Shown here: piece by piece, positions 20,186 through 30,608 of the stretch | Position numbering within the stretch: the first letter of the stretch is position 1 | How the letters are laid out: each line of letters starts with the position of its first letter | DNA from: Ignisphaera sp. | GTDB lineage: Archaea; Thermoproteota; Thermoprotei_A; Sulfolobales; Ignisphaeraceae | DNA: 64,000 nucleotides | Assembly: GCA_038821645.1 (NCBI GenBank) | Contig: JAWBDT010000005.1 | Span: forward strand, 26,182-90,181 | Direction: 5' to 3' | Notes under the pieces: generated by a model | Databases searched by the model: none | Seen by the model: the letters and a program-made list of their open reading frames with translations, nothing else | Told to the model about the DNA's origin: nothing | Program-made: the position numbers and the translations under genes

Positions 20186-21571
20186 ATGATCATGAATCTA
20201 GTTCATCTGTATATAGGTGTCTCTATGAAGCTTATAAAGAATAGACATGAATTAATTAAGGGAGATTTACATAAAATTGTTATTGAATCAGTTGAAGAAG
20301 CTTTTGATTATGTAGACCCTTATACTGCAATAATCAATAATGTGAAACCTACAGACAGAGGTATTAGTGTAAAAGGTATCAACATAGATATTAGTGGAAA
20401 GATTCATGTTGTGGGTTTTGGTAAAGCTTCAAAGAGAATGGCTATGGCAATAAACGATATATTGGGTGATAAGATAGAAGGAGGAATAGTAATAACGCCT
20501 AACGAAGTTGGCAAAATAGGGCCGATAATTTTAGTCAAAGGAGATCATCCTATTCCTGGAGAAAATACTGTAAAAGCGTCTAATCAGCTTATAGAATATC
20601 TCGAACGTGTAGAAAACAATGATACATTACTTGTATTAATCTCTGGTGGAGGTTCGGCTTTATTTGAAATTCCTGAAGATGGTGTTTCACTTGACGATAT
20701 AAGATTTATTACGAAAGAGCTTATGAAAAGAGGAGCTGATATATATGAATTGAATGTTGTTAGAAAAAGATTATCTAAAGTCAAAGGAGGTAAAATGTTG
20801 AGATATATAAGTGCTAAGAACATTGTATCATTAATAATAAGCGATGTAGTAGATGACAAAATAGATACAATAGCTTCAGGACCCACAGCACCAGATGAGA
20901 CAAGCTTTTTAGATGCTTACATGATTTTAAAAAGATATGGTATTTGGAATGAAGTGCCGAACAGAATAAAAACTATAATTGAAAAAGGAATTAAAGGAGA
21001 AACACCAGATACACTTAAGGTTTCTGATCCAATTTTTAGTAAGGTTATGAACGTCATTGTGGCTAGTAATGAAATTCTTCTTGAAGCATTAGCAGAAAAG
21101 CTATCGAAACGAGGGTTTAAACCAATGATTCTTACATCTATGCTTGAAGGTGAGGCAAGAGAGGTTGGAAAGGTATTGGCATCAATAATAAAGAGTATAG
21201 ACAGATATTCGAAACCTGTAGCTAAACCTGTAGCATTATTAGCTGGTGGAGAAACTGTTGTAACTGTACGTGGTAAAGGAATAGGTGGAAGGAATCAAGA
21301 GCTATGTTTGTCGCTTTCTATATCTTTGAAGACAATTGAAAATTACTTAGCTCTCTGCATGGGAAGCGATGGAATAGATGGAATAAGTCCTGCTGCAGGC
21401 GCTATAGTTGATGGAAATGTATTTAAAGAAGCTATACAGATGGGATTAAATCCTATCGAGTTTCTTGAAAATAATGATAGCTTCACATTTTTCTCTAAAC
21501 TAGGTAGAGCTATATTTACAGATTACACAGGAACTAATGTAAATGATATATTTGTGGCTATAATTGTTTAA
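20186..21571 (+). CDS. Glycerate 2-kinase (MOFRL family)
   Basis: GFGKAS, GDHPIP, ISGGGSAL, IASGPT, GGETVV, GGRNQE, TGTNVND. Confidence 0.93.
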   Translation: MIMNLVHLYIGVSMKLIKNRHELIKGDLHKIVIESVEEAFDYVDPYTAIINNVKPTDRGISVKGINIDISGKIHVVGFGKASKRMAMAINDILGDKIEGGIVITPNEVGKIGPIILVKGDHPIPGENTVKASNQLIEYLERVENNDTLLVLISGGGSALFEIPEDGVSLDDIRFITKELMKRGADIYELNVVRKRLSKVKGGKMLRYISAKNIVSLIISDVVDDKIDTIASGPTAPDETSFLDAYMILKRYGIWNEVPNRIKTIIEKGIKGETPDTLKVSDPIFSKVMNVIVASNEILLEALAEKLSKRGFKPMILTSMLEGEAREVGKVLASIIKSIDRYSKPVAKPVALLAGGETVVTVRGKGIGGRNQELCLSLSISLKTIENYLALCMGSDGIDGISPAAGAIVDGNVFKEAIQMGLNPIEFLENNDSFTFFSKLGRAIFTDYTGTNVNDIFVAIIV

Positions 21572-21655
21572 ACCTGTGATTATGCTGATGTTTGCTAAGC
21601 AATAGTAGATATGATAATATAAATACCAGTATTGTTAGAAATCTAGTGAGGAAAA

Positions 21656-22054
21656 ATGTTACCCATGAATCCTCGAGAACTTCAAAAACAATTAAGACAG
21701 TTAAAGAAGTTAGGCATAAAGATAGATCAACTTGTAGATGCTGAAGAAGTATATATAGTATTAAGTGACAAAAAATTGATCTTAGAGAAACCCGATGTGT
21801 TTATAGTCGAGTTTAGTGGACAAAAAATGTTCTATCTAGTTGCCCAAAACATTCGTGAAGAGTTAAAGAAGGATCAACAAATTTCTTCAACACCTACACA
21901 AATAGAGATATCTGATGATGATGTACAATTTGTAGCTGAATACACACATGTATCAATTGAAAAAGCTAAAGAAGCTATACTAAAAGCAGGTGGTGATATA
22001 GCTAAAGCTATAGAGCTTATAGAATCTGAAAAGAAATCATCCTACACTACATGA
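21656..22054 (+). CDS. nac: Nascent polypeptide-associated complex protein (NAC)
   Basis: MNPRELQKQLRQLKKLGI N-terminus; C-terminal UBA-like EAILKAGGDIAKAI. Confidence 0.92.
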   Translation: MLPMNPRELQKQLRQLKKLGIKIDQLVDAEEVYIVLSDKKLILEKPDVFIVEFSGQKMFYLVAQNIREELKKDQQISSTPTQIEISDDDVQFVAEYTHVSIEKAKEAILKAGGDIAKAIELIESEKKSSYTT

Positions 22055-22462
22055 ATTCTTCAAATACTTGTTAACACAAGGACATAAAATCTCTAAAACA
22101 TTAAGAACTGTGCTATTGTCTGCATAACTATATTCACCATGAAAGAAATGCATACCTAATTCAATTGACTTTCTTAAGATATCTTCTGGACAGAACATCT
22201 TTATATCATTATCCCTATTAGTTGTCATAATTAGAATGGTTATAATAACAATCAAGTATCTGGCTATGTAGTAATTTGCCCTATAGTTGGTTACCCCATT
22301 TATACTCAGGTTTATGATGTCTTTACATAGATTCAAATACCATTTTAAACGTATACAAATCTCTCCCATAGCGTAAAGAGACATAAATACTAAATAATTT
22401 AAATCTTTTATGTACTTCGAGGCCTCAATATGGTTAAAGATGGTATAAACTACATTATTCAA
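22037..22462 (-). CDS. Hypothetical protein (only the C-terminal ~60 codons may be real)
   Basis: 141-codon ORF filling the gap, no recognisable motif, overlaps neighbours at both ends. Confidence 0.3.
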   Translation of the reverse strand: MNNVVYTIFNHIEASKYIKDLNYLVFMSLYAMGEICIRLKWYLNLCKDIINLSINGVTNYRANYYIARYLIVIITILIMTTNRDNDIKMFCPEDILRKSIELGMHFFHGEYSYADNSTVLNVLEILCPCVNKYLKNSCSVG

Positions 22463-22975
22463 AATATTTCAGTAGCTATACTCATAACCCTCTTGATTGT
22501 GGCTTACATAAATGTTATTGTAATTTGTGTACCTCCACCAGAAGGAATTAGAGAAGAAATCATCGAGTCTGTAACCAGAATTAGAGAAGTAGTATCTAGT
22601 TTAACTATACCGCAAGATAGGTTTATGTATATGCTCCAAAACGAATTATATATAATGATGTATATCTTCATACCAGTAATAGGACCTATTAACTATATAG
22701 AGATTGTAACTAGATATGCGTGGGGAATAGCTATAACCAGTCACACAAACTCAGACACTATAAGTAATCTACTCATGTTAATGTCTACACCAACACTATA
22801 TTTACATCTTCTATCTTATAGCTTGATTATGATAGAAGGTAATAGAATACTTCTTGATATTGTTAAGAAAAAGTATTATCTTAGGGTATGGCTCTATCAC
22901 ATATTTACCTTATCCATAGCTATATCAATAATGTTGCTTTCTATAACTCTAGAGATCTTATTAACATTTTTCTAA
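22430..22975 (+). CDS. Hypothetical integral membrane protein (SpoIIM/DUF95-like)
   Basis: Several hydrophobic segments; PTLYLHLLSYSL...EG and SITLE patterns. Confidence 0.6.
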   Translation: MVKDGINYIIQNISVAILITLLIVAYINVIVICVPPPEGIREEIIESVTRIREVVSSLTIPQDRFMYMLQNELYIMMYIFIPVIGPINYIEIVTRYAWGIAITSHTNSDTISNLLMLMSTPTLYLHLLSYSLIMIEGNRILLDIVKKKYYLRVWLYHIFTLSIAISIMLLSITLEILLTFF

Positions 22976-23131
22976 CTTTTAACTCAAAATATTGAATAGA
23001 ATATTTGTATCTTTTAGCGAACAAATGGTTAACTATCATATCTAGCTATAATACATTATCTACAGATTAATACAGCATGTTTTCCCAAATTGAGAAAGTT
23101 CATACCATCTTAGAATATTGGAATAAATAGT

Positions 23132-23186
23132 TCAGTGAGATTCGTACACATCATCTTTAAGGTTCAGTAAGGATGCAGTTCATCAT
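23132..23186 (-). ncRNA. Box C/D guide sRNA
   Basis: Minus strand: C ATGATGA, guide ACTGCATCCTTA, D' CTGA, C' ATGATGT, guide GTACGAATCTCA, D CTGA; two 12-nt guides; intergenic. Confidence 0.8.
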
Positions 23187-23347
23187 TTTAATGAGTTTAT
23201 GAATATACTGTACTACGTGATGATGTGGTGATCATACCCACTTATTTGTAATTTTTCACATTTAAAACATTTATGTATATTGCTCTTATGGTGTATCCAC
23301 ATATAGAGCTATATACTAGGGATATTAATGCGTATAAGGTGAAATAA

Positions 23348-24028
23348 ATGCCTCGTGTACCAGTTAAATTAGTTAGTTGGAATGATATTGTTGAATGGAG
23401 CTGGGGTCTAGCTAAGAAAATAGAATCTGATGGATATGTACCAGATGTAGTTATAGCTATTGCTAGAGGTGGTTATGTACCAGCAAGACTTTTATGTGAT
23501 TTTCTAGGAATTGAAAACCTTATCTCAATACAATCACAACACTGGACCGAAGCTGCCAAGAAAGGAGAGAGAGCACTAATAAAATTCGAGTATACAATAG
23601 ATCTATCAGACTATAGAGCATTACTTGTTGATGATATTATAGATACAGGAGAATCCGTTATATTAGCTAAAAGTTACATATTAAGTAATTGGAAACCAAA
23701 GGATCTTCGTGTAGCTGCACTTCAATGGATTTCACCTATAGCCAAGATAAAACCTGATTACTTCTATATAGAAGTAAAGGATTGGGTATGGTTCCAATAT
23801 CCATGGACAAGACTTGAGGATATCACACAATTTATAAAAAGGATATTAGTTGAAATGAAAAGAGATATAGGGAAAGACCTATGGAGTTTAGAAGAACTTC
23901 GTAATGCTTTTTATGAATGGTATGGTATTGAGGTTAACGAAAATTACTTTAGCGAAGCTATTCGACAGCTACTGAAGAAAGGAGTGCTAGTTCATGATGT
24001 AGATAAGTACAAGTATGTTGAAAGATAA
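23348..24028 (+). CDS. Purine phosphoribosyltransferase (HGXPRT-like) with C-terminal extension
   Basis: IAIARGG, LLVDDIIDTGES PRPP-binding motif, WFQYPW. Confidence 0.9.
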   Translation: MPRVPVKLVSWNDIVEWSWGLAKKIESDGYVPDVVIAIARGGYVPARLLCDFLGIENLISIQSQHWTEAAKKGERALIKFEYTIDLSDYRALLVDDIIDTGESVILAKSYILSNWKPKDLRVAALQWISPIAKIKPDYFYIEVKDWVWFQYPWTRLEDITQFIKRILVEMKRDIGKDLWSLEELRNAFYEWYGIEVNENYFSEAIRQLLKKGVLVHDVDKYKYVER

Positions 24029-24692
24029 TATAATACTGATGCATCTCAGGTTAGCTAAATTTATGAAATTCAGCATATGTAACGATAATCTAGACAAGTT
24101 ACTATTTTCAGAACCTAAGAAGATCGTAATATATGGTGAGGCAGCTACAGGTAAAACTAATATTCTTTTAAACACAATAAAATGTTCCTATACATCTTTA
24201 ACTCAACATGAAACTCTATTCTTCATAAGCACAGAAGGATCCTCCTTCGTCACAAGAATGTATCTTTTAGATATAGACTCCAGAAACGTCTTTTTTTCGA
24301 TAGCCATAGATCAGCAACATATTCTTAGCAACGTGTTGGAGATAGTGAAGAATCTTGACTTACTTAAACCTGTATGTATAATCATTGATAGTATTAATTA
24401 TCACTATCGAATAGAATCTTTAACGCCAATAGGTATAAAACTTTTTACAGAACTATTATCGCTTCTTGACACATTTAATGAAAATGGGGTTTTCATCATC
24501 TCTTCAGCTCAGGTAAGAGCTAGCGAAGATGAAGTATTTCCTGGTTATGTATATCTTCACTACTGGGCCGATATAGTTATAGAGTTAGAGCGTATATCTA
24601 CATCAAGAAGAGTTCTAAGAATTGTCAAACCCAAAATTGATCGCTTATTTCAATTCGATGTTGTAGCAAACGGTGTCAAATGGTTAACATAG
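24015..24692 (+). CDS. RecA-superfamily ATPase (RadB/aRadC-like)
   Basis: IYGEAATGKT Walker A, ISTEG, IIIDSI Walker B, SAQVR. Confidence 0.75.
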   Translation: MLKDNIILMHLRLAKFMKFSICNDNLDKLLFSEPKKIVIYGEAATGKTNILLNTIKCSYTSLTQHETLFFISTEGSSFVTRMYLLDIDSRNVFFSIAIDQQHILSNVLEIVKNLDLLKPVCIIIDSINYHYRIESLTPIGIKLFTELLSLLDTFNENGVFIISSAQVRASEDEVFPGYVYLHYWADIVIELERISTSRRVLRIVKPKIDRLFQFDVVANGVKWLT

Positions 24693-24721
24693 TTAATCTA
24701 TTGGTAATTATGGTGATATAA

Positions 24722-24907
24722 TTACATGTTATTTTGTAGTTTCTTAAGTAATTCGGGGTACTTGGCCTTTATCCTGTACTCTACGTATTTATCTTCAGGT
24801 GAGAATCTTGGTGGATGAGGTGTATATGTCTTTGCACCACATTTAGGACATAAATCCTTAAGTGTATAAGTTTTGCAGTTTAAACATTTCCTTATTTTCC
24901 ATTTCAT
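24722..24907 (-). CDS. nop10: H/ACA RNP protein Nop10
   Basis: CxxC...[11 protein letters not shown]...[12 protein letters not shown]. Confidence 0.96.
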   Translation of the reverse strand: MKWKIRKCLNCKTYTLKDLCPKCGAKTYTPHPPRFSPEDKYVEYRIKAKYPELLKKLQNNM

Positions 24908-24913
24908 TAAATA

Positions 24914-25738
24914 TTATCCCCCTTTTTCTACCTCTTCACGTTCTATATTGAATTGATCTATTTCAAGTTCTTTTACTAAATTACGTAACATAGCATCTAT
25001 GTGGCTAAATATCTTTTCAGCATCTTTGTAATGTGGTGCTATTATTTCTATCCTATATCGTGGTGCACCAATAGCATAAACATATACCTTAGTGTTTTGG
25101 GGAAGCTCAATATTGTGTATACTAGTAAGTATTTTCTTTATTCTTTCAATACCATCTGGTTTGTATGTCACAATCTTCATGATAGCCCTAATCTTTACCA
25201 TTTTTATCGATATATGTTTCTTAGCTTCTTCACATACAACATTACTCCAATAGTCTGATATACCTTTTCTAATAAGTGCTTCAGGACCTTCAAGTATACA
25301 TTGCTCAAGAATTGACATTGGATCGATATCTTTTTCAAGCTTAGACCATACCATATTATAAGCCTCATCTAAACTCATTTTTATGTTCCTGGCAGCAAGT
25401 TCTACTATTTTTTGAGCTCTCTGTAGCCTCTTCCACCTCAAAATTTTGATCTTCTTCTCTCCTTCTAAAACTCTTTTAATGGAAATATCTATTTGTACCT
25501 TAGGGGCTTTTTTATCAACCCTTATAACCTTACCTACAACAACACGTCCTTCCTTGAGTACATCCCTTATGTCTTTTACATATCTTGTACTTACTTCACT
25601 CCATGGGATAAATGCTTCTTGTACCTCATATTCGAGAAGAGTAGCATAGGCACCATATTCGAAAACTTTATCTATTCTAGCTATAACTAGTTCTCCGACC
25701 TCAGGTAAACCTTTTTTCCTAAATGGTATGGCACTCAT
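24914..25738 (-). CDS. eif2a: Translation initiation factor aIF-2 alpha
   Basis: LPEVGELVIA S1 domain, AFIPWSEVS, IGAPRYRI. Confidence 0.96.
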   Translation of the reverse strand: MSAIPFRKKGLPEVGELVIARIDKVFEYGAYATLLEYEVQEAFIPWSEVSTRYVKDIRDVLKEGRVVVGKVIRVDKKAPKVQIDISIKRVLEGEKKIKILRWKRLQRAQKIVELAARNIKMSLDEAYNMVWSKLEKDIDPMSILEQCILEGPEALIRKGISDYWSNVVCEEAKKHISIKMVKIRAIMKIVTYKPDGIERIKKILTSIHNIELPQNTKVYVYAIGAPRYRIEIIAPHYKDAEKIFSHIDAMLRNLVKELEIDQFNIEREEVEKGG

Positions 25739-25804
25739 ATCGTATCAACTTGAGTAGATATTTCTACGTAATTCTAGTACTTATTTAATTAAGATAATGA
25801 AGCT

Positions 25805-26023
25805 CTAGTCTAGTATCTTTACAACCTCAGCATTAATGAGCTTTACTTTACCTCCAGTTGACTGAACAATTTGAGTTCCACATACAAGACATCTTGAAGG
25901 AAATGTTGCATGATCAAATACTACTTGTTCGTTTCCACATACTGTACACTTAACTCTAATAAATCTCGATCTAGGTTCTGGTATCAATATTTTTCTCTTT
26001 TTAGCCATGGTATCACCTACCAA
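25805..26023 (-). CDS. rps27e: 30S ribosomal protein S27e
   Basis: [23 protein letters not shown]...CLVCG...TGGK. Confidence 0.96.
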   Translation of the reverse strand: MVGDTMAKKRKILIPEPRSRFIRVKCTVCGNEQVVFDHATFPSRCLVCGTQIVQSTGGKVKLINAEVVKILD

Positions 26024-26025
26024 CT

Positions 26026-26301
26026 TTAGATTTGTTCAGCTTTCTTGATTCTTATCCCCGTTCTATGGTGTATAAATCCACATTTCGAACATTTAAGCTT
26101 CAGCACCACTTTTTTGGTTACTTTTGCAAATCTTTTTTGCTCTGGTTTACGTTTTGATCCATATCCTTCTTGCTTCCTTAAATATCTCCTTTGACCTTGG
26201 GCTAGCGTTCTACGCTTACCATGTTTATATATGGTTATACTATGTTGTGTATGTGAGCGACATTTAGGACAATATGTGTTCATAGTCCTTGGTATCTTCA
26301 A
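26026..26301 (-). CDS. rpl44e: 50S ribosomal protein L44e
   Basis: [10 protein letters not shown]...[13 protein letters not shown]...[16 protein letters not shown]. Confidence 0.96.
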   Translation of the reverse strand: MKIPRTMNTYCPKCRSHTQHSITIYKHGKRRTLAQGQRRYLRKQEGYGSKRKPEQKRFAKVTKKVVLKLKCSKCGFIHHRTGIRIKKAEQI

Positions 26302-26441
26302 CCAGCATCCCTTGTGTAATCTTCTGCTATGAGTATACCGATTTAGATCGATTTATAAGTCATAATGATACAACCAAGTATGTATTATGAGACTATGTCT
26401 AATCGCTTTTTAGTATAGATATTAACTTAATATTCAATGTA

Positions 26442-26948
26442 TTATTTCTTGATTTGAATAGATACATAAATAGGTTCTACATAGCCTAGTGCACTTAAAA
26501 TTGATGCTAAACTTATATGGATAGGTGTTATGAATCCTTTTGCAATAACTGTATTGTATATCGATATGGGCTTTAATATCCTACATAAAACTTTTTCGCC
26601 ATGTATTATAATTGAATTTTGAACAATATTCTTTAAAACATTGCAAGTGCTTAAGAATAGATTGTAAAGTTTAGATAGAACATCATTACTTGATATTATT
26701 TTTCCTTCGATAGATCTTGATTCTAAAAACTTTAAAACACTATCTATAACCTCATCTATTAATTTAAGAGTTTCATTACATATGCTATAATGTATTGGAT
26801 CATGTACATTAGATAAACACCATCCATTGAATGTTATAACCATATCGTTTATTTCTACTAATGATTTATATATGCTCTCAATATCTATATCTCTAAATAA
26901 GATATCCTCAATTAATTTATATAATATACTTATATCATGCTTAGACAC
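26442..26948 (-). CDS. Probable GINS subunit (Gins15/Gins51)
   Basis: Position between priS and L44e matches the conserved PCNA-PriS-Gins15-L44e-S27e-aIF2a-Nop10 cluster; helical A-domain plus C-terminal B-domain-like (ASILSALGYVEPI). Confidence 0.55.
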   Translation of the reverse strand: MSKHDISILYKLIEDILFRDIDIESIYKSLVEINDMVITFNGWCLSNVHDPIHYSICNETLKLIDEVIDSVLKFLESRSIEGKIISSNDVLSKLYNLFLSTCNVLKNIVQNSIIIHGEKVLCRILKPISIYNTVIAKGFITPIHISLASILSALGYVEPIYVSIQIKK

Positions 26949-26952
26949 ATTA

Positions 26953-28110
26953 TCACCTAACTACATTAACTATCGATGCTAGACCTTTATATACAAAATA
27001 TGATGCATATGGATACTCAAGAGAGGCTTCATCACCTTTCTTAAAACTGAATTCCTCGTCTATTACTGTTACTCGTGGTATAGAAGTTAGGAATCTTATC
27101 TTAAGCTTAATATCAGAGATTGATAGGATATGAGGTGATAGTTCAAAAGCATATACATCTGAGTTACTAATTTGCACCACTTTCCAACCTGTTTTTCCAT
27201 TTATACTATTTGGGACTCTAATTAGGTGTGTAATATCTATTGTGACCTTAGTATCTATGTAGACTGAAATAGCCTTAATTACATTATTTAAGTTTTGCAC
27301 CAGATACTCATAAACTTTTTGTGCTGCTTCAAAATTCAATACGGATTTGAATCCCATTATGAACTCTCTAACCTCTTCATCTACATGATTAGCTAGGTAT
27401 CTCGCTATTCGTCTTCTTATACCACCGTCAGTAACTCTAGGTGGAAGCACTACATACCTCTTCGACTTCTTAATTATTTGATCTACAAATGCTTTCAACT
27501 GATAGTCATCGACCTTTATGTAAGACACTATTTCGCGTCTTTCATCTGATGACATGTAACTATATGGTTCATCAAGTTCTACAATTACATGAAATCCTCT
27601 ATGACCTGAAAACGTTGTAATTATTTCAGTAAAGCCTAAATCGTTTTCAAGTATATCGATAAGTTTTGCGACATGTTCTTTAGCTATATCGATACACTCT
27701 GGCTCAACATGCTCAAATTTGTTTAATTCTTCTCCGCATCGTGGACATAATTTAGCATCTGTTTGTTGAATGTAGAAACCACATTTTCTACAGAATTTCA
27801 TCTGAACATATTTGTCACTTTCTTGACATTCGGATGCTTCATTAGCATCAATATCAAACACTAGATCACTTCCTAACCACTTTTTTTCATCCATAATAGG
27901 ATTTGCAGGTTCTCTATAACGAGCCGAGGAGTAGTAAAGATGTCTTGGAATCACATCAATTATGTATTTCTTCAGTTCTGAAAATGATGAAAAAGATAAG
28001 TGCCGTAGATATGTTTCACTATTGAATGATTGTAGAGCTATTTCTCTAAGGTAGTAATCTTGTGGAAACACAGGATCATTCTTTATATAGAATTCTTTTA
28101 CTAGATTCAT
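26953..28110 (-). CDS. priS: DNA primase small (catalytic) subunit
   Basis: YYSSARY, DLVFDID, FSGHRGFHV, IDTKVTIDITHLIRVPNSINGKTG; Zn-ribbon insertion. Confidence 0.95.
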   Translation of the reverse strand: MNLVKEFYIKNDPVFPQDYYLREIALQSFNSETYLRHLSFSSFSELKKYIIDVIPRHLYYSSARYREPANPIMDEKKWLGSDLVFDIDANEASECQESDKYVQMKFCRKCGFYIQQTDAKLCPRCGEELNKFEHVEPECIDIAKEHVAKLIDILENDLGFTEIITTFSGHRGFHVIVELDEPYSYMSSDERREIVSYIKVDDYQLKAFVDQIIKKSKRYVVLPPRVTDGGIRRRIARYLANHVDEEVREFIMGFKSVLNFEAAQKVYEYLVQNLNNVIKAISVYIDTKVTIDITHLIRVPNSINGKTGWKVVQISNSDVYAFELSPHILSISDIKLKIRFLTSIPRVTVIDEEFSFKKGDEASLEYPYASYFVYKGLASIVNVVR

Positions 28111-28147
28111 GACTATGTTTATTGATTTCGTGTCTATGGTTTGTCCC

Positions 28148-28918
28148 TTACTCTGATCTGGGTGCTACGTAGAATTTCAGTATAGAGCCTGATGTAAGAT
28201 CTAGATCGAATTCGCAAGGAATATCCCTACCTAACTTAATAGTGACAGTTTCTGCCATCTTGGATATCGTTGACAACATCGATAAATACTCCATAGAGTA
28301 CGCATTGACAAATTCTTCAATATCTTGTGGAGATTGGTAGTCTATTAACGTTCCTGCAGGTATTGTTAACGCTATTTCTGCTTCGCCAAGTTCTGAGGCA
28401 GATATAAGTGATATACCTTCTTTATAAACCTTTATCTTTAGAACATCGCCTACATCTTCTAGAATACTTAAAGATACTGCCAATGTTATTCCCGTAGTCT
28501 TTGCCTGTACATCGAATTCCAGCGATAGTTCTGGTATTTCTTCATAGCTTCCTGGAAGAAGAGGTAATGTGAAGATCCTCTCTGTGTTTCCTCTAGATAT
28601 GAGACCTACTGTGAGTTTTAGACCATCACTTGCAATCATTAGTTTATCGCCTCTCCCAGCTCTACGCAAAATTTTTGATACAGATTCTAATGGTATTATT
28701 AGTGTGGATTCTTCATTTACATCGTATTCTTCAAATGCTGTAGAAGGTATAGAAAGATCTACAAGTGCAACATGACTAGGATCCATAGCTTTAAGGCGTA
28801 CACCTTCAGAAGGATGAAACTTTATTCCAACTGCTTCTACGAATTGTGAAAGTTCTCTTAATATGTATCGCCATAGTCTTGCATCAAGGAATACTGCTCT
28901 CAAATTCATTAATTTCAC
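28148..28918 (-). CDS. pcn: DNA polymerase sliding clamp PCNA (paralogue 1)
   Basis: LKAMDPSHVALVDL...FYVAPR. Confidence 0.94.
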   Translation of the reverse strand: MKLMNLRAVFLDARLWRYILRELSQFVEAVGIKFHPSEGVRLKAMDPSHVALVDLSIPSTAFEEYDVNEESTLIIPLESVSKILRRAGRGDKLMIASDGLKLTVGLISRGNTERIFTLPLLPGSYEEIPELSLEFDVQAKTTGITLAVSLSILEDVGDVLKIKVYKEGISLISASELGEAEIALTIPAGTLIDYQSPQDIEEFVNAYSMEYLSMLSTISKMAETVTIKLGRDIPCEFDLDLTSGSILKFYVAPRSE

Positions 28919-28989
28919 CTACACTCTACAACATGTTGTATACAGTATTAATATTTATGGTATATAGTGTGATAGATATAGGTTATCAC

Positions 28990-29343
28990 CTATACCTCAG
29001 TACAGTTAACAGATTTAGTAAAGTTGTCTATGGCTTGTATAACATTGTTCGAGTTTTTCATTAAAATACTACATCTATATAGACTACAGTTTTGAACATC
29101 TACACATATACACTTAATGCTAATGATGTCTGTTTTATTAATCAGCCTTATTAAATCGTCTTTAGTGATAATACCTAGACAGTCAATCGCTTTATCTCGA
29201 AGTGTTCTTATCTCTATAACTTTCCTATCCTCATCTACATTCATAACAACACTACTTCCTTCACTAATATCTAGAATGAGTCTTGCATATGATGGTATGG
29301 TTATCCTTCCTTTACCATCAATCTTAACTACTTCAATATACAT
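28990..29343 (-). CDS. AbrB/MazE/SpoVT-family DNA-binding protein with Cys-rich C-terminal domain
   Basis: VVKIDGKGRITIPSYAR AbrB signature. Confidence 0.8.
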   Translation of the reverse strand: MYIEVVKIDGKGRITIPSYARLILDISEGSSVVMNVDEDRKVIEIRTLRDKAIDCLGIITKDDLIRLINKTDIISIKCICVDVQNCSLYRCSILMKNSNNVIQAIDNFTKSVNCTEV

Positions 29344-29386
29344 ATCTATATCCTCAGATCATGTAACTTAGTTACCTATCATTGAT

Positions 29387-30148
29387 TCAGCCTCTTGGAG
29401 CTATCCATGCAACAATCCTTCCTCCACCAGCAACATTTAATGAAATCTTCAGAGGCTTCTCAGGACCAAAAGCTATTGTACAGTCATCAGCTAGATCTAG
29501 CAATTTCGAGAGTGGCTTAAGATGATCTACACCGTATTTTACTATGGCACTTCCTATAGATGATTCTAGATATGTTAATGGTTGAAACTGTCTTAGTATT
29601 GTACTGTATTCTGCGAGCTCACCGTGTCCCAACACCTTTAAAGCATTTATATCTGACGAATACACAAACGTTATCTCATCTCCAACCAATGCTACATCCT
29701 TTATAATCCCCACTAGTTCCGATGTAGGTAACGATGCTTGAACTTCATACGATATATCGATTTCTCCTAGTCTTTCGAAACCTATATCTGATAGTGATAC
29801 TGTATGCTCCCTCTCGACACCCGACCTTACATTTAGTATTTTAATTTTGAGTTCTCTAGAACCTTCAAGATACTCAAATACAACTCTATCTCGTTTTGAT
29901 GCTCTTTTAAATGATTTAATACATTCATCTCTATCAGCTACTACACTAACATTACTCGTAACAGTATATTCTTCAAAAACCGTTGAAGGAAGCTCGAAAA
30001 CAACCATCGTGACTTTATCTGGACTTAATGCTTCTATAGTAAAACCCTCCAAGCCAAAGGCCATAGGTATCTGATCGACAATCCCTTTAAGTGCAGCCAT
30101 AACCTTTTTAAATACTACTCCACTTGGATAAACTGCTCTCACACTCAT
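29387..30148 (-). CDS. pcn: DNA polymerase sliding clamp PCNA (paralogue 2)
   Basis: ALSPDKVTMV, FKRASKRD, WIAPR; 253 aa. Confidence 0.92.
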   Translation of the reverse strand: MSVRAVYPSGVVFKKVMAALKGIVDQIPMAFGLEGFTIEALSPDKVTMVVFELPSTVFEEYTVTSNVSVVADRDECIKSFKRASKRDRVVFEYLEGSRELKIKILNVRSGVEREHTVSLSDIGFERLGEIDISYEVQASLPTSELVGIIKDVALVGDEITFVYSSDINALKVLGHGELAEYSTILRQFQPLTYLESSIGSAIVKYGVDHLKPLSKLLDLADDCTIAFGPEKPLKISLNVAGGGRIVAWIAPRG

Positions 30149-30233
30149 TAAGACACCGATATTTCTCTTTTTTTACAAACCTTAAAATTGTTACAATTTA
30201 TGAGTATATATTAAGTCATTTGAGTGAAGGTTC

Positions 30234-30608
30234 ATGACTAAAAAAGTTAAAGTATATAAAACTATTGGAGACTACGTAGTATTAGTAATGCTTGCTGAAG
30301 ACGCTACCGAAATACTCAATATATTGCAGAGAAGCTTGAATAAAGGTGAGGAAGATGTTGAAGATACTATACGTATGATTAACTATTTTGATACATTCTA
30401 TAACATCATGAAGAAGAAATTTAAGGAATATCTAACACCTAAAAAGAATGTAAGTGATATTATCAGGAAAAGAGTTCTTATAGACAAAATAAAGTTAATT
30501 AAGACTGATGGAACAAGAATAGTTGAGGTTATCTTGGATAGATCTGTATCATTAGATGAAGTTCTAGAGATACTTATTAGTAATAATATAGAAGTAGAAA
30601 AAACTTAA
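30234..30608 (+). CDS. Hypothetical protein
   Basis: 124-codon ORF with normal composition filling the gap, divergent from PCNA. Confidence 0.7.
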   Translation: MTKKVKVYKTIGDYVVLVMLAEDATEILNILQRSLNKGEEDVEDTIRMINYFDTFYNIMKKKFKEYLTPKKNVSDIIRKRVLIDKIKLIKTDGTRIVEVILDRSVSLDEVLEILISNNIEVEKT

